Assembly: GCA_965205465.1 (NCBI GenBank)
Contig: OZ242187.1
Location: forward strand, 1,164,577 to 1,228,576
Source of the DNA: Candidatus Aldehydirespiratoraceae bacterium
Lineage (GTDB): Bacteria > Actinomycetota > Acidimicrobiia > Acidimicrobiales > Aldehydirespiratoraceae
Direction: 5' to 3'
DNA length: 64,000 nt
Position numbers and translations under genes: made by a program. The notes beneath the pieces were generated by a model. It ran no database searches and had not been told where the DNA came from. It saw only the letters and a list, made by a program, of their open reading frames with translations. Below are positions 9,879-20,280 of this stretch, piece after piece (position 1 is the first letter of the stretch; the number at the start of each line of letters is the position of its first letter).

Positions 9879-10880
9879 TCAGCTGTCGAGCAAACGGTCG
9901 ACAGCGACACTCGGGCTTATTTTACCGGCTGCAACTGCGGCTTCCAGTTCGGCGTTGCGGGCAGCGAAAGCACTATCAGCCGCGACTTGATCCAACAACC
10001 GTTCGCGCACCATGTCGCGCATCCAATTGAGTTGTTGATCTCTTCGGCGTTGCTCTCGTTCACCTGTTTCGCCAAGCGCGTGGCGATGCTGTTGCACAAG
10101 TGTCCAGATCTCGTCCAGTCCCTCACCAGTAAGCGCAGAACAAGTGACGACGGGAGTGCTCCAATCGGGGCTTTGCGGCGCCAACAGGTGCAGCGCTCGG
10201 CGATAATCAACCGCGGCGAGCTCAGCGGGCTGCGAATTGTCCCCGTCGGCCTTGTTGACAGCCACAAGATCGGCCAACTCCAAAACACCTTTCTTGATGC
10301 CCTGCAGTTCATCGCCCGCCCCTGCCAACATCAGCACCATAAAGATGTCGACCAAGGAATGGACCACCGTCTCTGACTGCCCGACTCCCACAGTCTCAAC
10401 GATGATGGTGTCGTAGCCACCTGCCTCCAGTACCAGCATCGACTCACGAGTTGAGCGGGCCACACCCCCGAGGGTGCCAGCCGACGGTGCGGGCCTGATG
10501 AAAGCCCCCTCGTCAGCAGACAGTTTCGTCATCCTTGTCTTGTCGGCAAGGATTGAACCACCGCTACGCGAACTCGAAGGATCAACCGCTACAACCGCGA
10601 CACGGCGATTTGCCGCAGTGAGTCTGGTGCCAAGCGTTTCGATGAACGTCGACTTGCCGACACCGGGAACACCGGTGATCCCAATCCGGTCGGCTTTGCC
10701 GGTGTGCGGCAGCAACACCTCCAGCAGCGCCGCGGCTCGCAGACGATGTCTGGGTTTGGTCGATTCAACAAGCGTGATGGCGCGCCCAATGGCACTGCGA
10801 TCACCGGTGAGCACCGCGGCAGCGAGGTCTCCGTCGCGTGCGGTTGGTTCGCCTTCATCGTCTGGGATTGCGCTTGACAT
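9879..10880 (-). CDS. meaB: Methylmalonyl-CoA mutase accessory GTPase (MeaB/ArgK)
   Basis: P-loop GVPGVGKST and NKAD G4 motif. It lies directly downstream of the mutase large subunit. The internal ATG at 10880 was chosen because the longer track ORF overlaps mutB. Confidence 0.9.
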   Translation of the reverse strand: MSSAIPDDEGEPTARDGDLAAAVLTGDRSAIGRAITLVESTKPRHRLRAAALLEVLLPHTGKADRIGITGVPGVGKSTFIETLGTRLTAANRRVAVVAVDPSSSRSGGSILADKTRMTKLSADEGAFIRPAPSAGTLGGVARSTRESMLVLEAGGYDTIIVETVGVGQSETVVHSLVDIFMVLMLAGAGDELQGIKKGVLELADLVAVNKADGDNSQPAELAAVDYRRALHLLAPQSPDWSTPVVTCSALTGEGLDEIWTLVQQHRHALGETGEREQRRRDQQLNWMRDMVRERLLDQVAADSAFAARNAELEAAVAAGKISPSVAVDRLLDS

Positions 10881-10926
10881 CACTGCCGACGTTACCGTTT
10901 CGTCTGTCCCGAACGAGACTAGGAAA

Positions 10927-13080
10927 CTAAAACAAGTCGAGCAGTTCCACCGCGGCGTCGGCAACAACCGTTCCCGGGGGGTAGACAGCCACCGCGCCCA
11001 TCTCCAGCAGGGTCGCAATGTCGTCTGGAGGAATCACCCCGCCGACGGTGATCTTGATGTCTGAACGGCCTAGTCGTTCGAGTTCGCGGATCAACTCGGG
11101 CACCAGTGTGAGATGGCCGGCTGCCAATGACGATGCCCCCACCACATGGACATCGGCCTCAACGGCTTGGCGTGCCACCTCGGCGGGGGTTTGAAACAGA
11201 GGACCAATGTCGACATCGAAACCGAGGTCGGCAAAAGCTGTGGCGATAACCTTTTGGCCCCGGTCGTGACCGTCCTGGCCCATCTTGGCCACAAGAATGC
11301 GGGGGCGACGGCCACGGGCTTCGGCGAACGCCTCGACTCGTTCTCTGACTCTGGTGATGGAATCGTCGTTGGCGCCCATTTCGGCTCGGTACACCCCTTC
11401 GATAGTACGGATCTGCGCTACATGACGACCGTAGACGTTTTCTAGGGCGTCGCTGATCTCCCCCACTGTTGCTTTCTGGCGGGCCGCGTCTATAGCGAGG
11501 GCCAAAAGGTTGCCCTCCGCGGTCTTCGCGGCCGTGGTCAACGCCGCTAAGGCGGACTCCACGCCGCGGTCGTCTCGTTCGGCTCGCAACTGCTCCAGCT
11601 TGGCAATCTGGGCGGCTCGCACATCGGCGTTGTCGATCTTGAGGACTTCAACATCTTCGTGTTGTCCTAGTCGCGGATCAAGCCGGTATTTGTTGACACC
11701 GATCACCGCCTGAGCACCAGAGTCGATACGAGCTTGGGTTCGTGCGGCTGCTTCCTCAATCCTCATCTTGGGGATTCCTGCTTCGATGGCTGCCGCCATG
11801 CCGCCCATACCTTCCACTTCGCTGATGTGGCCCCAGGCAACTTCGGCTAGATCGTGGGTCAATTTCTCAACGTGATAGCTGCCTCCCCAAGGGTCGACCG
11901 TGCGGGTTGTACCGCTCTCCTGTTGCAAGAACAGTTGGGTGTTGCGGGCGATTCGGGCAGAGAAATCGGTGGGCAGTCCGAGTGCCTCATCCAAGGCGTT
12001 GGTGTGAAGAGACTGGGTATGGCCCTGGGTGGCGGCCATCGCCTCTACACAAGTGCGAACGACATTGTTGTAGACGTCTTGGGCGGTGAGGCTCCAACCG
12101 CTGGTCTGAGAATGCGTGCGCAACGACAGCGACTTCGGGTTTTCAGGGCCGAATTGCGCCATCAACTTCGCCCACAGCAAGCGGGCAGCACGGAGTTTCG
12201 CCACTTCCATGAAAAAGTCCATGCCAATGCCCCAAAAGAAGCTGAGACGTGGGGCAAACGAGTCAACCGGCAACCCGGCGGAAATCCCTGCCCGCACGTA
12301 TTCGATACCGTCGGCCAAGGTGTAAGCCAGTTCGAGATCAGCGGTCGCTCCGGCTTCTTGGATGTGGTAGCCCGAGATCGAAATCGAGTTGAACTTCGGC
12401 ATCTGCTGCGACGTGAAAGCGAAAATGTCCGAGATGATCCGCATGCTCGGAGCCGGTGGGTAGATGTAGGTATTTCGGACCATGAACTCTTTGAGAATGT
12501 CGTTTTGGATGGTCCCTGAAAGCTGAGGTGGTTTCACCCCCTGCTCTTCAGCGGCCACCACATACAGGGCCAGCACCGGCAGTACCGCGCCGTTCATGGT
12601 CATGGAGACGCTCATCTGATCCAGTGGGATGCCCTCGAACAACTGGCGCATATCCAGGATCGAGTCGATTGCGACCCCAGCCATGCCCACATCGCCCGAG
12701 ACGCGGGGGTTGTCGGAGTCATAGCCGCGGTGTGTTGCCAGATCGAATGCGATTGAGAGGCCTTTTTGACCGGCTGCCAGGTTGCGGCGATAGAAGGCGT
12801 TGGATTCTTCAGCGGTTGAAAACCCGGCGTATTGGCGGATGGTCCACGGCTGGTTCACATACATCGTCGGGTACGGGCCTCGAAGGAACGGTGCGAATCC
12901 CGGCAACGTATGCGGGAAATCGAATTCAGCGATGTCTGCCGCGGTCGCGACCGCAGAAATATCGATTCCCTCCGGGGTTCGGCTGATATGGGCACGTCCC
13001 GCGGCGATCTGTTCGTTGTCGAGACCGGTGAATTCACCGCCGTCAAGGTCAACCGTCGTGAAATCCGGGATCACGCTCAT
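10927..13080 (-). CDS. mutB: Methylmalonyl-CoA mutase, large (alpha) subunit
   Basis: 717 aa. TIM-barrel substrate domain ([15 protein letters not shown]) plus a C-terminal B12-binding domain ([11 protein letters not shown]). Confidence 0.95.
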   Translation of the reverse strand: MSVIPDFTTVDLDGGEFTGLDNEQIAAGRAHISRTPEGIDISAVATAADIAEFDFPHTLPGFAPFLRGPYPTMYVNQPWTIRQYAGFSTAEESNAFYRRNLAAGQKGLSIAFDLATHRGYDSDNPRVSGDVGMAGVAIDSILDMRQLFEGIPLDQMSVSMTMNGAVLPVLALYVVAAEEQGVKPPQLSGTIQNDILKEFMVRNTYIYPPAPSMRIISDIFAFTSQQMPKFNSISISGYHIQEAGATADLELAYTLADGIEYVRAGISAGLPVDSFAPRLSFFWGIGMDFFMEVAKLRAARLLWAKLMAQFGPENPKSLSLRTHSQTSGWSLTAQDVYNNVVRTCVEAMAATQGHTQSLHTNALDEALGLPTDFSARIARNTQLFLQQESGTTRTVDPWGGSYHVEKLTHDLAEVAWGHISEVEGMGGMAAAIEAGIPKMRIEEAAARTQARIDSGAQAVIGVNKYRLDPRLGQHEDVEVLKIDNADVRAAQIAKLEQLRAERDDRGVESALAALTTAAKTAEGNLLALAIDAARQKATVGEISDALENVYGRHVAQIRTIEGVYRAEMGANDDSITRVRERVEAFAEARGRRPRILVAKMGQDGHDRGQKVIATAFADLGFDVDIGPLFQTPAEVARQAVEADVHVVGASSLAAGHLTLVPELIRELERLGRSDIKITVGGVIPPDDIATLLEMGAVAVYPPGTVVADAAVELLDLF

Positions 13081-13257
13081 TGCTTCACCGTAGCGGCCAC
13101 CGCAGCGCCAACAGCAATGATCCAGACGCCGGTTTCTGGGACTACGGTCTGTTCCGTCATCGGTCTATTGGGACTTCGTCCACACAAACGAACACGGAGC
13201 AGCGATCATCGCCGCTGCCATCGAAGAACACCTCCACCAAGCCCTCAGCCAACTGGA

Positions 13258-15072
13258 CTAGAGGCCGAGGTCGGATTGGAGGCGGGTCAGGGCCTCAACT
13301 ACATCCATTCCCTGATGCCAGAACTCGTCGACACCGGCGGTTTCCAGATCGCCGCGAAGATCACCTGGCTGACCAGCGAGAATCACTCGCTTGGCGCCCG
13401 CCTCACGCAACGCCAATGTTGTACCGACGCCTCGAAGCGCATAAACGGGATCCGATGAACAGATCACCGCGACCGCCGCACCAGATTCGCTGAAGCGAGC
13501 TTCGGCTTCCAACGGCGATTGAGAGCCGTGCACCTGTGCTCCCGAACCGACCAGACCCGCCACAGCCAAGAGGTTGGAGACCCAGGTGCTGCGAGCCGTG
13601 TGGGTCGCCAAATCCCCAAGCGCGGCAATGTGCACTCGGGGGCGCTCACCGGTAGCCAACAGATGGCGGTCAGCGGCGTCTCGCAGAGCTTCAAACGGCG
13701 CTGCCAGTCGGCGTAGCGGAAGCCCCGCCCCCGCCGACGCCTCGGGTGTGCTGAGTTCTTGTCCCGATTGTTCTTCATCTGCCAAGTATGGATATTCCGA
13801 CACTCCGGTAATGACCTCACTACGGGTGTGCAGCGCTTCAAGTCTTCGCTGCCACGAGCGGTCAATCGCCAAACGCACCGAACCATCGGCAATGACCGCC
13901 TCTATCCCGCCCGCAGCCTCAACTTCTACAAACTCAGACCAAGCCCGAGCAGCGAGTCGAGAGGTCAGAGACTCAACGAACCACGCACCCGAGGCAGGAT
14001 CCACTACCCGAGCGAGATGTGACTCTTCGATCAGCACCGTCTGGGTGTTACGAGCAACACGTCGAGAAAAGTCGTCGGGTGGACCAGACGCCTCATTGAA
14101 AGGCAACACTGTGACCGCATCAGCACCTCCGACACCAGCCGCAAAGGCTGCTGCCGTCGCCCGCAACATGTTGACCCACGGGTCGCGGCGGCTGTAGATC
14201 GCCCGACTGGTGACCGCCTGTTGGAGTTGCGGCGCAGCGGTGGGATCAATACCAGACGCCTCCAACACCCGTGCCCAGAGACGTCTTGCCGCACGCAGTT
14301 TGGCCATATTGACGAACTGGTCGGCGCCAATGCTCAGCCTGAAACCGATGGTGTTCGCCCCAAGCAGGGGGTCGACGTCAAAGGACTCAAGTAGGCGGAG
14401 ATAGGCGACCCCAGTAGCGATGCCGTACGCAAGTTCGCAAGCCTCACTGGCACCGGCCTCGGCGTAGCGAGTCGAGTCGACACTCAATGTCCGACCTGAT
14501 GGCAAGAACGACACCAGCGAAGCGGCCACGTTCACCACATCGGCTGCGTTGGCGAAACCACCGCGCGGCACCTCGCCAATGGGGTCCAGTCCAAACCAGC
14601 TGGCGGTGGTGGCCAAATTGCCTTGCTGTTGAATCACCGCAGCCAGCGCGCGCGCGGCGTTGATGTCGGCATGAGGGGCCAAGACCACCGCGGCCAAATC
14701 GAACAAAACCCCCGCAGTAGCCCGCTGCAGCGTATCCAGGGTCCAGTTCGGGCTCGGGGGGACCAACTCAACGGAAGTGACGCCGCGTTCAAGTTCTTCG
14801 AGAACCGCGCGACCGCAAGCGTCGGGGTCGTCTGCGCTGAACTGCTGGCGCACATTCCAACCGCGCTCAAGCCGTTGCGCGTCAACGGGTACAAACGTCG
14901 CGGGCTCAAGCGAGTCCGTTGCGGTGTAGAGCGGCTGAATATCAAGGTCGTCGCGAGTCGTCGAGACGAGCACCTCGTCGAATGACCTGCCGCGCAGCAC
15001 TTTGGTGACTGCGTCTGCCCAATCTGAGAGTTCAGTCTTGCTGAAACTGAAGTCAAAGTCCGGTTCTGTCAC
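13258..15072 (-). CDS. mutA: Methylmalonyl-CoA mutase, small (beta) subunit
   Basis: 604 aa with mutase-like architecture but no canonical DxHxxG B12 motif. It lies upstream of mutB. Confidence 0.85.
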   Translation of the reverse strand: MTEPDFDFSFSKTELSDWADAVTKVLRGRSFDEVLVSTTRDDLDIQPLYTATDSLEPATFVPVDAQRLERGWNVRQQFSADDPDACGRAVLEELERGVTSVELVPPSPNWTLDTLQRATAGVLFDLAAVVLAPHADINAARALAAVIQQQGNLATTASWFGLDPIGEVPRGGFANAADVVNVAASLVSFLPSGRTLSVDSTRYAEAGASEACELAYGIATGVAYLRLLESFDVDPLLGANTIGFRLSIGADQFVNMAKLRAARRLWARVLEASGIDPTAAPQLQQAVTSRAIYSRRDPWVNMLRATAAAFAAGVGGADAVTVLPFNEASGPPDDFSRRVARNTQTVLIEESHLARVVDPASGAWFVESLTSRLAARAWSEFVEVEAAGGIEAVIADGSVRLAIDRSWQRRLEALHTRSEVITGVSEYPYLADEEQSGQELSTPEASAGAGLPLRRLAAPFEALRDAADRHLLATGERPRVHIAALGDLATHTARSTWVSNLLAVAGLVGSGAQVHGSQSPLEAEARFSESGAAVAVICSSDPVYALRGVGTTLALREAGAKRVILAGQPGDLRGDLETAGVDEFWHQGMDVVEALTRLQSDLGL

Positions 15073-15218
15073 CGTTCTATCCTATTGGCTGGTGCGTTTG
15101 GTCTACGAGGACCGTGCCAACACAGACCGAATAGTCGCCGCGATCGAGGCCTCAGAACACTGACGTAGAGCGGTCGAGCATCCCCCACTCGCGAAGGAGG
15201 TTCGCTTAGGTTGCGAAT

Positions 15219-16937
15219 ATGGCTCAGCAATCTTCGGCGTCGGCTTCAGGTCGTCCTGTTACTGATTTTGTTCACGGTCGCGGGTTGCGTTGGGCGTCGT
15301 TTGTTTCGCTGTTGGTATGCGCTCTTTTTGCTGGTGGATTGGTTCTTGGGTCGGTGAACGCCATCGAATCCGAAACGTATTCGTGCCAACCGCCGGTGAC
15401 GCCGACTCACCCTTTCTCTGATGTGGGTGAAGACTCGTTCGCGTATGACGCCGTGGCCTGTATCTATCTGCTGGGTGTCACCACCGGCACCACGCCCACC
15501 ACGTTTTCACCCGACGAATACGTGACCCGCGAACAGATGGCTTCGTTCATGGCTCGGCTATACCAAGCCGTTACCGGTACCGAAGCTCCGGTCGTGTCGA
15601 CACCGTTCACTGACATACCTAGCGACTCGTTCGCACAAGATGACATCGCGCGAATCTATGGACTCGGCATCACCACCGGGACCACAACCACCACCTATTC
15701 GCCCTATTTTTTTGTGACCCGCGAGGAGATGGCGGCTTTCTTGGCACGGCTTTATCGAGCTGTTTATGACCAGCAGGCGCCGGTTGTGTTGACACCGTTT
15801 TTTGATGTGCCGTTGGACTCGTTCGCATACGACGACATTGGACGTATCTACGGGTTGGGTCTCACCACCGGGACCACAACCACCACCTATTCGCCCCACC
15901 TCAATGTGACCCGCGAGGAAATGGCGGCTTTCTTGGCGCGTTTCCGCCAACTCCCAGAACCCACAACCACAACCACCATCAACATCAACATCAACATCAA
16001 CATCAACGCAGACGACACCACTGATCCGCCTTCACCACCCCAAGACGACACCAGCGACGAGGACACCAGCGACCACGAAGCAACCTCGCCACGTGATATC
16101 GCCTTTCTCCGCACGAGTTCCAACAGCACCGGCGAGATCTGGGTAATGGACGAAGATGGTCGCAACCTGAAACAAATCACCAGCACGAACAACTCCGCCG
16201 AGGACCCGACGTTTTCACCCAACGGAACATACATCGCTTATACGGCTGCGAGCGCCACAAGCATCCTGCAGATTTGGGTCATGAACGCGGATGGCAGCAA
16301 CCCGATCCAGATCACCGAGGAACCTGAAGATCGAATAGCCGAATTTAGTGTTGATCCGTCCTGGTCAGCTGATGGCCAACGAATCGCCTACGTGAGTTAC
16401 GGCTCGAATCACGCTTTCGAAATATTCGTCATGAATGCGGATGGTTCCAACCCGCAACAGATCACCAGCAGTTATCTGCATCCACGACAGCCCCGGTGGT
16501 CACCCGACGGCATGCGCATCGCCTTCACCAGGACCAACGGCGACAAAGATAGTGTTCTGGTAATCGACGCGGACGGCACCGACCTGAAGTATCTCAGTTC
16601 TGCGTCCAGCTCTAGTAATGATCCGGCGTGGTCCCCTGACGGCACAAAAATCTCCTTCGCAAGTCACCAAAGTGGCGAAACAGAACAAATCTGGGTGATG
16701 GACGCTGACGGGACCAACCAAACACAGATCACCGGCGACGGCTACTCAAACTCAGAACCAGCTTGGTCACCAGACGGACGCATCATCTATGTCAGCAATC
16801 GAGGTCACGATGTCAAAGAAGAGATCTGGATCATGGATGCCGATGGCACTAACCAACAAGCCGTTACCAGCGACGCCCGCAATGAGTTGGACAGGCAGCC
16901 CACATGGTCATCAAGCGCCACTGATGCCCCCTCATAA
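15219..16937 (+). CDS. Secreted/anchored surface protein: 3 N-terminal SLH repeats + Thr/Ile-Asn linker + TolB-like (PD40) beta-propeller repeats
   Basis: N-terminal hydrophobic anchor. Three copies of F.D....FA.DD....Y.LG.T.GT....YSP...VTREEMAAFLAR (SLH-like). Repeated WSPDG/WSADG blades with IWVMDADG-type strands. Confidence 0.85.
   Translation: MAQQSSASASGRPVTDFVHGRGLRWASFVSLLVCALFAGGLVLGSVNAIESETYSCQPPVTPTHPFSDVGEDSFAYDAVACIYLLGVTTGTTPTTFSPDEYVTREQMASFMARLYQAVTGTEAPVVSTPFTDIPSDSFAQDDIARIYGLGITTGTTTTTYSPYFFVTREEMAAFLARLYRAVYDQQAPVVLTPFFDVPLDSFAYDDIGRIYGLGLTTGTTTTTYSPHLNVTREEMAAFLARFRQLPEPTTTTTINININININADDTTDPPSPPQDDTSDEDTSDHEATSPRDIAFLRTSSNSTGEIWVMDEDGRNLKQITSTNNSAEDPTFSPNGTYIAYTAASATSILQIWVMNADGSNPIQITEEPEDRIAEFSVDPSWSADGQRIAYVSYGSNHAFEIFVMNADGSNPQQITSSYLHPRQPRWSPDGMRIAFTRTNGDKDSVLVIDADGTDLKYLSSASSSSNDPAWSPDGTKISFASHQSGETEQIWVMDADGTNQTQITGDGYSNSEPAWSPDGRIIYVSNRGHDVKEEIWIMDADGTNQQAVTSDARNELDRQPTWSSSATDAPS
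15978..16007 (+). repeat. In-frame hexanucleotide repeat (atcaac)x5 encoding (IN)5 in the linker
   Basis: Read directly from the sequence. Confidence 0.9.
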
Positions 16938-17002
16938 GTACTTGGACTTGGACCTGGGAAGCATCCACCACTAAACGGCAATACTGAAATAATTTTGTCC
17001 CT

Positions 17003-19027
17003 GTGGTCCGACATTTTTTCGACAATGCTTTAGGTCGCCCTGTCACAGCCATCGTCAACGATCGCAGGGCCAGGTTGGGACCATTCGTTTCGCTGCTGGT
17101 CTGTGCTCTCATTGCTGGCGGACTAGTCCTGGCTTCAGTAAACGCGAACGACATCAAGTTGCGAGTCTGCCCGAGTCCCGAAGCGCCAGTTCACCCTTTC
17201 ACCGACGTATCTGAAGACTCGTTCGCATACGACGACGTGACCTGTATCTATCTACTCGGAGTCACCACGGGTACCAGCCCCACCACATATTCTCCTGACC
17301 GCTATGTGACCCGCGAGGAGATGGCCGCTTTCATGGGACGGCTCTATCGGGCTGTTACTGGTCTGGAAGCCCCGATCGTGCCGACTCCGTTCACCGACAT
17401 GCCGACTAGCTCGTACGCATACGAACACTTGGGGAGAATCTATGGACTCGGGATAACCACTGGTACCAGCCCCACCACATACTCTACTTACTTTTTTGTG
17501 ACCCGCGAGGAGATCGCTTCGTTCATGGCTCGTTTTTATCGAGCAATCAGTGGGAGCGAAGCACCGATCGTGGAGACACCGTTCACCGATGTACCAACCG
17601 ACTCATACGCATACGACGATGTCGCACGAATCTATGGACTAGGGCTCACCACCGGCACTGGCCCAGAGGAATATTCACCCGAGAGGCACATGACACGTGA
17701 GGAAATGGCTTCATTCTTGGCGCGCTACTACCGACTGCTTCCCAGTCCCAGCGAGCTGGAGATATTGCGGAGAAACAGCCTCCTTGCGTCAACGACACAA
17801 CCGCCGACCATCACACAACCGCCGACCATCACACAACCGCCGACCATCACACAACCGCCGACCATCACACAACCGCCGACCATCACACAACCGCCGACCA
17901 TCACACAACCGCCGACCATCACACAACCGCCGACCATCACACAACCGCCGACCATCACACAACCGCCGACCATCACACAACCGCCGACCATCACACAACC
18001 GCCGACCGCAACGCTTCCACCACTCAACAACCCCGCGACTTGCACTCGAAGTAGTATCTCAAGTCACGCCATCGCCTTCGCCCGTTCGTTCTCCCACAGC
18101 GAGGGCACCCTACAAGTCTCAACCATCGGTGAGATCTGGATTTCAAACGAAGACGGCACGAATCTCTGCCGACTCACCAACACCAATGACGGAAGCAAGC
18201 ATCCCGCATGGTCACCCAACGGCGCCTACCTCGCCTACACGGGCCCTGGCTTGAACGGCAGCGACTCGCAGATCTGGGTGGTGAACGCCGACGGCAGCAA
18301 CGCACGGCAGATCACAAGCGCCCCGTCAACCGCCCCCTGGGAGTTCAACTTCAACCCAACCTGGTCACCTGACAGCACCAAACTCGCCTTTCGCGGCCAC
18401 GCCGACGGCACAGCCGATCTTGACCTGCACATAATTGACGCGGACGGGACCGACCAGCGACGAGTGAGTTCCACGTATCACAAAGCAACGGAACCCTCGT
18501 GGTCTCCAAACGGCAGAAAGATCGCCTTCACCAAGTACGGCGACTCCAAGTGTAGGGACGGGATTCCGATTTCGGGAGATGCAGAGATTTGGGTGATGAA
18601 CGTCAGCGACGGAGTGGCAACGCAACTTACCGGACGCGATTCCAGCACTGAACCTGCCTGCGTCGACAAGGAACCTCAAACGTACGGCACGGAGTATCAT
18701 GCCACTCATCCCGAGTGGTCACCGGACGGCACCAAGATCGCCTACACCGGGGGCCGTGGAGGTATCGACACAGCAGTGTGGGTTATGGACGCCGATGGCA
18801 CCAACAAGATGAGACTAACCAGCGTGGCCGGCTATTCGACACAGCCATCCTGGTCACATGACGGCACACAAATCGCCTACTCAACATTTGCAGGTACCGG
18901 GTTCGGTACTGAAATCTGGATCATTGACGCCGACGGCACCAACCCGCAAAGAATCACCTATCACCCAGACGAAGTGATCGACGGCAATCTGACCTACATC
19001 AGAGATTCCGAACCAACCTGGCGCTGA
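17003..19027 (+). CDS. Paralogue of 15219-16937: 3 SLH repeats + (TQPPTI)n linker + PD40 beta-propeller repeats
   Basis: Same N-terminal anchor (GRPVT...FVSLLVCAL.AGGLVL.SVNA) and SLH triplet. Multiple WSPNG/WSPDG/WSHDG blades. Confidence 0.85.
   Translation: MVRHFFDNALGRPVTAIVNDRRARLGPFVSLLVCALIAGGLVLASVNANDIKLRVCPSPEAPVHPFTDVSEDSFAYDDVTCIYLLGVTTGTSPTTYSPDRYVTREEMAAFMGRLYRAVTGLEAPIVPTPFTDMPTSSYAYEHLGRIYGLGITTGTSPTTYSTYFFVTREEIASFMARFYRAISGSEAPIVETPFTDVPTDSYAYDDVARIYGLGLTTGTGPEEYSPERHMTREEMASFLARYYRLLPSPSELEILRRNSLLASTTQPPTITQPPTITQPPTITQPPTITQPPTITQPPTITQPPTITQPPTITQPPTITQPPTITQPPTITQPPTATLPPLNNPATCTRSSISSHAIAFARSFSHSEGTLQVSTIGEIWISNEDGTNLCRLTNTNDGSKHPAWSPNGAYLAYTGPGLNGSDSQIWVVNADGSNARQITSAPSTAPWEFNFNPTWSPDSTKLAFRGHADGTADLDLHIIDADGTDQRRVSSTYHKATEPSWSPNGRKIAFTKYGDSKCRDGIPISGDAEIWVMNVSDGVATQLTGRDSSTEPACVDKEPQTYGTEYHATHPEWSPDGTKIAYTGGRGGIDTAVWVMDADGTNKMRLTSVAGYSTQPSWSHDGTQIAYSTFAGTGFGTEIWIIDADGTNPQRITYHPDEVIDGNLTYIRDSEPTWR
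17795..18010 (+). repeat. 18-bp tandem repeat acacaaccgccgaccatc: 11 perfect copies plus 1 degenerate copy (encodes TQPPTI)
   Basis: Units counted directly at 17795, 17813 ... 17975. The last unit (17993-18010) ends in ...gaccgca. Confidence 0.95.
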
Positions 19028-19059
19028 ACGACCAACCGAGCGCCACGCCAACAAGGCAC

Positions 19060-20217
19060 TCAGGACTCGAGTTGGCCTTGCAAACCCTCGACAGCCTCGA
19101 TGAACTCTTCGACCATGTCCAAAACGACTGTACTCGCGGACTTTCGTTGGTTCATGTTGCCGACTACTTGCCCGACAAAATAGTTGGCCAACTTTTCCGC
19201 TCCAGACCCCGCTTGGTGGGCTGCCCGATCAATTCGTCGCTGAGCGGCTGCGGTGAGGATCGGCTGCAATGGCATGCCGAGCGGGTCAGGGGTGTCGTCT
19301 CGGTCCCATTCCTGCGTCCATGCCGACTTCAACATCCGCGCGGGTTTTCCGGTGAGCGATCGTGATCTGATCGTGTCGGCCGATGTGGCCGCGAGGAATT
19401 TCTCCTTCACAACCGGGTGCGTTTCAGCCTCATCAGTGGTTAACCAGACCGACCCGCACCACACACCCTGCGCACCGAGCGCCATCGCCGCAGCCATCTG
19501 ACGGCCACGGCCGATGCCACCGGCGCCTAGCACCGGAAGCGATGTGGCGTCGACGATCTCGGGTATCAACACCATGGATCCGATCTCGCCTGTGTGGCCT
19601 CCAGCCTCAGAACCCTGTGCGACGATCAAGTCAACACCCGCACGCTCGTGCGCCTCGGCGTGTGACGGTCGACCCGCTAGCGCACCCACCATGCGACCGG
19701 CTCCTTTCACCGCCTCGATCATCTCTTTGGGCGGCGGACCCAAAGCGTTGGCCACAAAAGCGGTCCGCTTGGCCAATGCCACATCGATTTGCGGAGCCGC
19801 CGCGTTCGCGGAGAAGGGCGCGGCCCCAGCTCTGTCCATGCTCCCAGAAAGTGTGCTCTCATCAGGCCGCATCGCTGGCACCTCGTAACGGGCCAGGATG
19901 TCGTCGACGAACTCTCTGTGCTCCGGCGGGATCATCTTGACGAGATCCGCGGTCGTGAAGCCGCCGGAGTCGTCACCGGCGTAGCGGGCCGGGATAATCA
20001 AGTCGACGCCATATGGCTTGTCGCCAACCGCGTCCTCAATCCACTCAAGATCGATTTCAAGTGCTTCAGGCGTGTGGCCGACAGCACCGAGGACTCCCAT
20101 ACCTCCTGCCCTCGAAACCGCTGCTACCACGTCTCGACAATGGCTGAAGGCAAATATCGGGAATTCAAGATCGAACATTTTCGTTACGTCGTTGCGCATC
20201 TGCGGATCCTCTATCAA
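19060..20217 (-). CDS. Nitronate monooxygenase / 2-nitropropane dioxygenase family FMN oxidoreductase
   Basis: FPIFAFSHCRDVVAAVSRAGGMGVLG N-terminus and a GGIG...GA.GVW core. It is a paralogue of 34906-36030. Confidence 0.85.
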   Translation of the reverse strand: MIEDPQMRNDVTKMFDLEFPIFAFSHCRDVVAAVSRAGGMGVLGAVGHTPEALEIDLEWIEDAVGDKPYGVDLIIPARYAGDDSGGFTTADLVKMIPPEHREFVDDILARYEVPAMRPDESTLSGSMDRAGAAPFSANAAAPQIDVALAKRTAFVANALGPPPKEMIEAVKGAGRMVGALAGRPSHAEAHERAGVDLIVAQGSEAGGHTGEIGSMVLIPEIVDATSLPVLGAGGIGRGRQMAAAMALGAQGVWCGSVWLTTDEAETHPVVKEKFLAATSADTIRSRSLTGKPARMLKSAWTQEWDRDDTPDPLGMPLQPILTAAAQRRIDRAAHQAGSGAEKLANYFVGQVVGNMNQRKSASTVVLDMVEEFIEAVEGLQGQLES

Positions 20218-20280
20218 CTCTCACTACCGACCATACCGGTAAGTTAGCGACCGTTCACATGCTTGGGGTACACTGCGCGC

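Noticed and set aside
9615-10376. 253-aa + strand ORF; similar long antisense ORFs at 30237-31091, 51352-52056, 54328-55029, 57102-57839 and 61011-61598
   Set aside because: Each lies opposite a confidently identified gene (meaB, the GT remnant, the SBP, permease/ATPase, typA, the LRR gene). These are high-GC antisense artefacts.
17697-18254. Alternative-frame and antisense ORFs over the 18-bp repeat (RRPSHN)n, (CVMVGG)n, (CDGRRL)n
   Set aside because: These are repeat-driven open frames. Only the TQPPTI frame is continuous with the conserved SLH and propeller domains.
20218-20280. Possible KstR/KstR2 operator between the divergent nitronate monooxygenase and thiolase genes
   Set aside because: I scanned by eye for TnnAACnnGTTnnA and AnCAAGnnCTTGnT and found no match. 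A genome-wide motif scan would be needed to exclude a divergent site.
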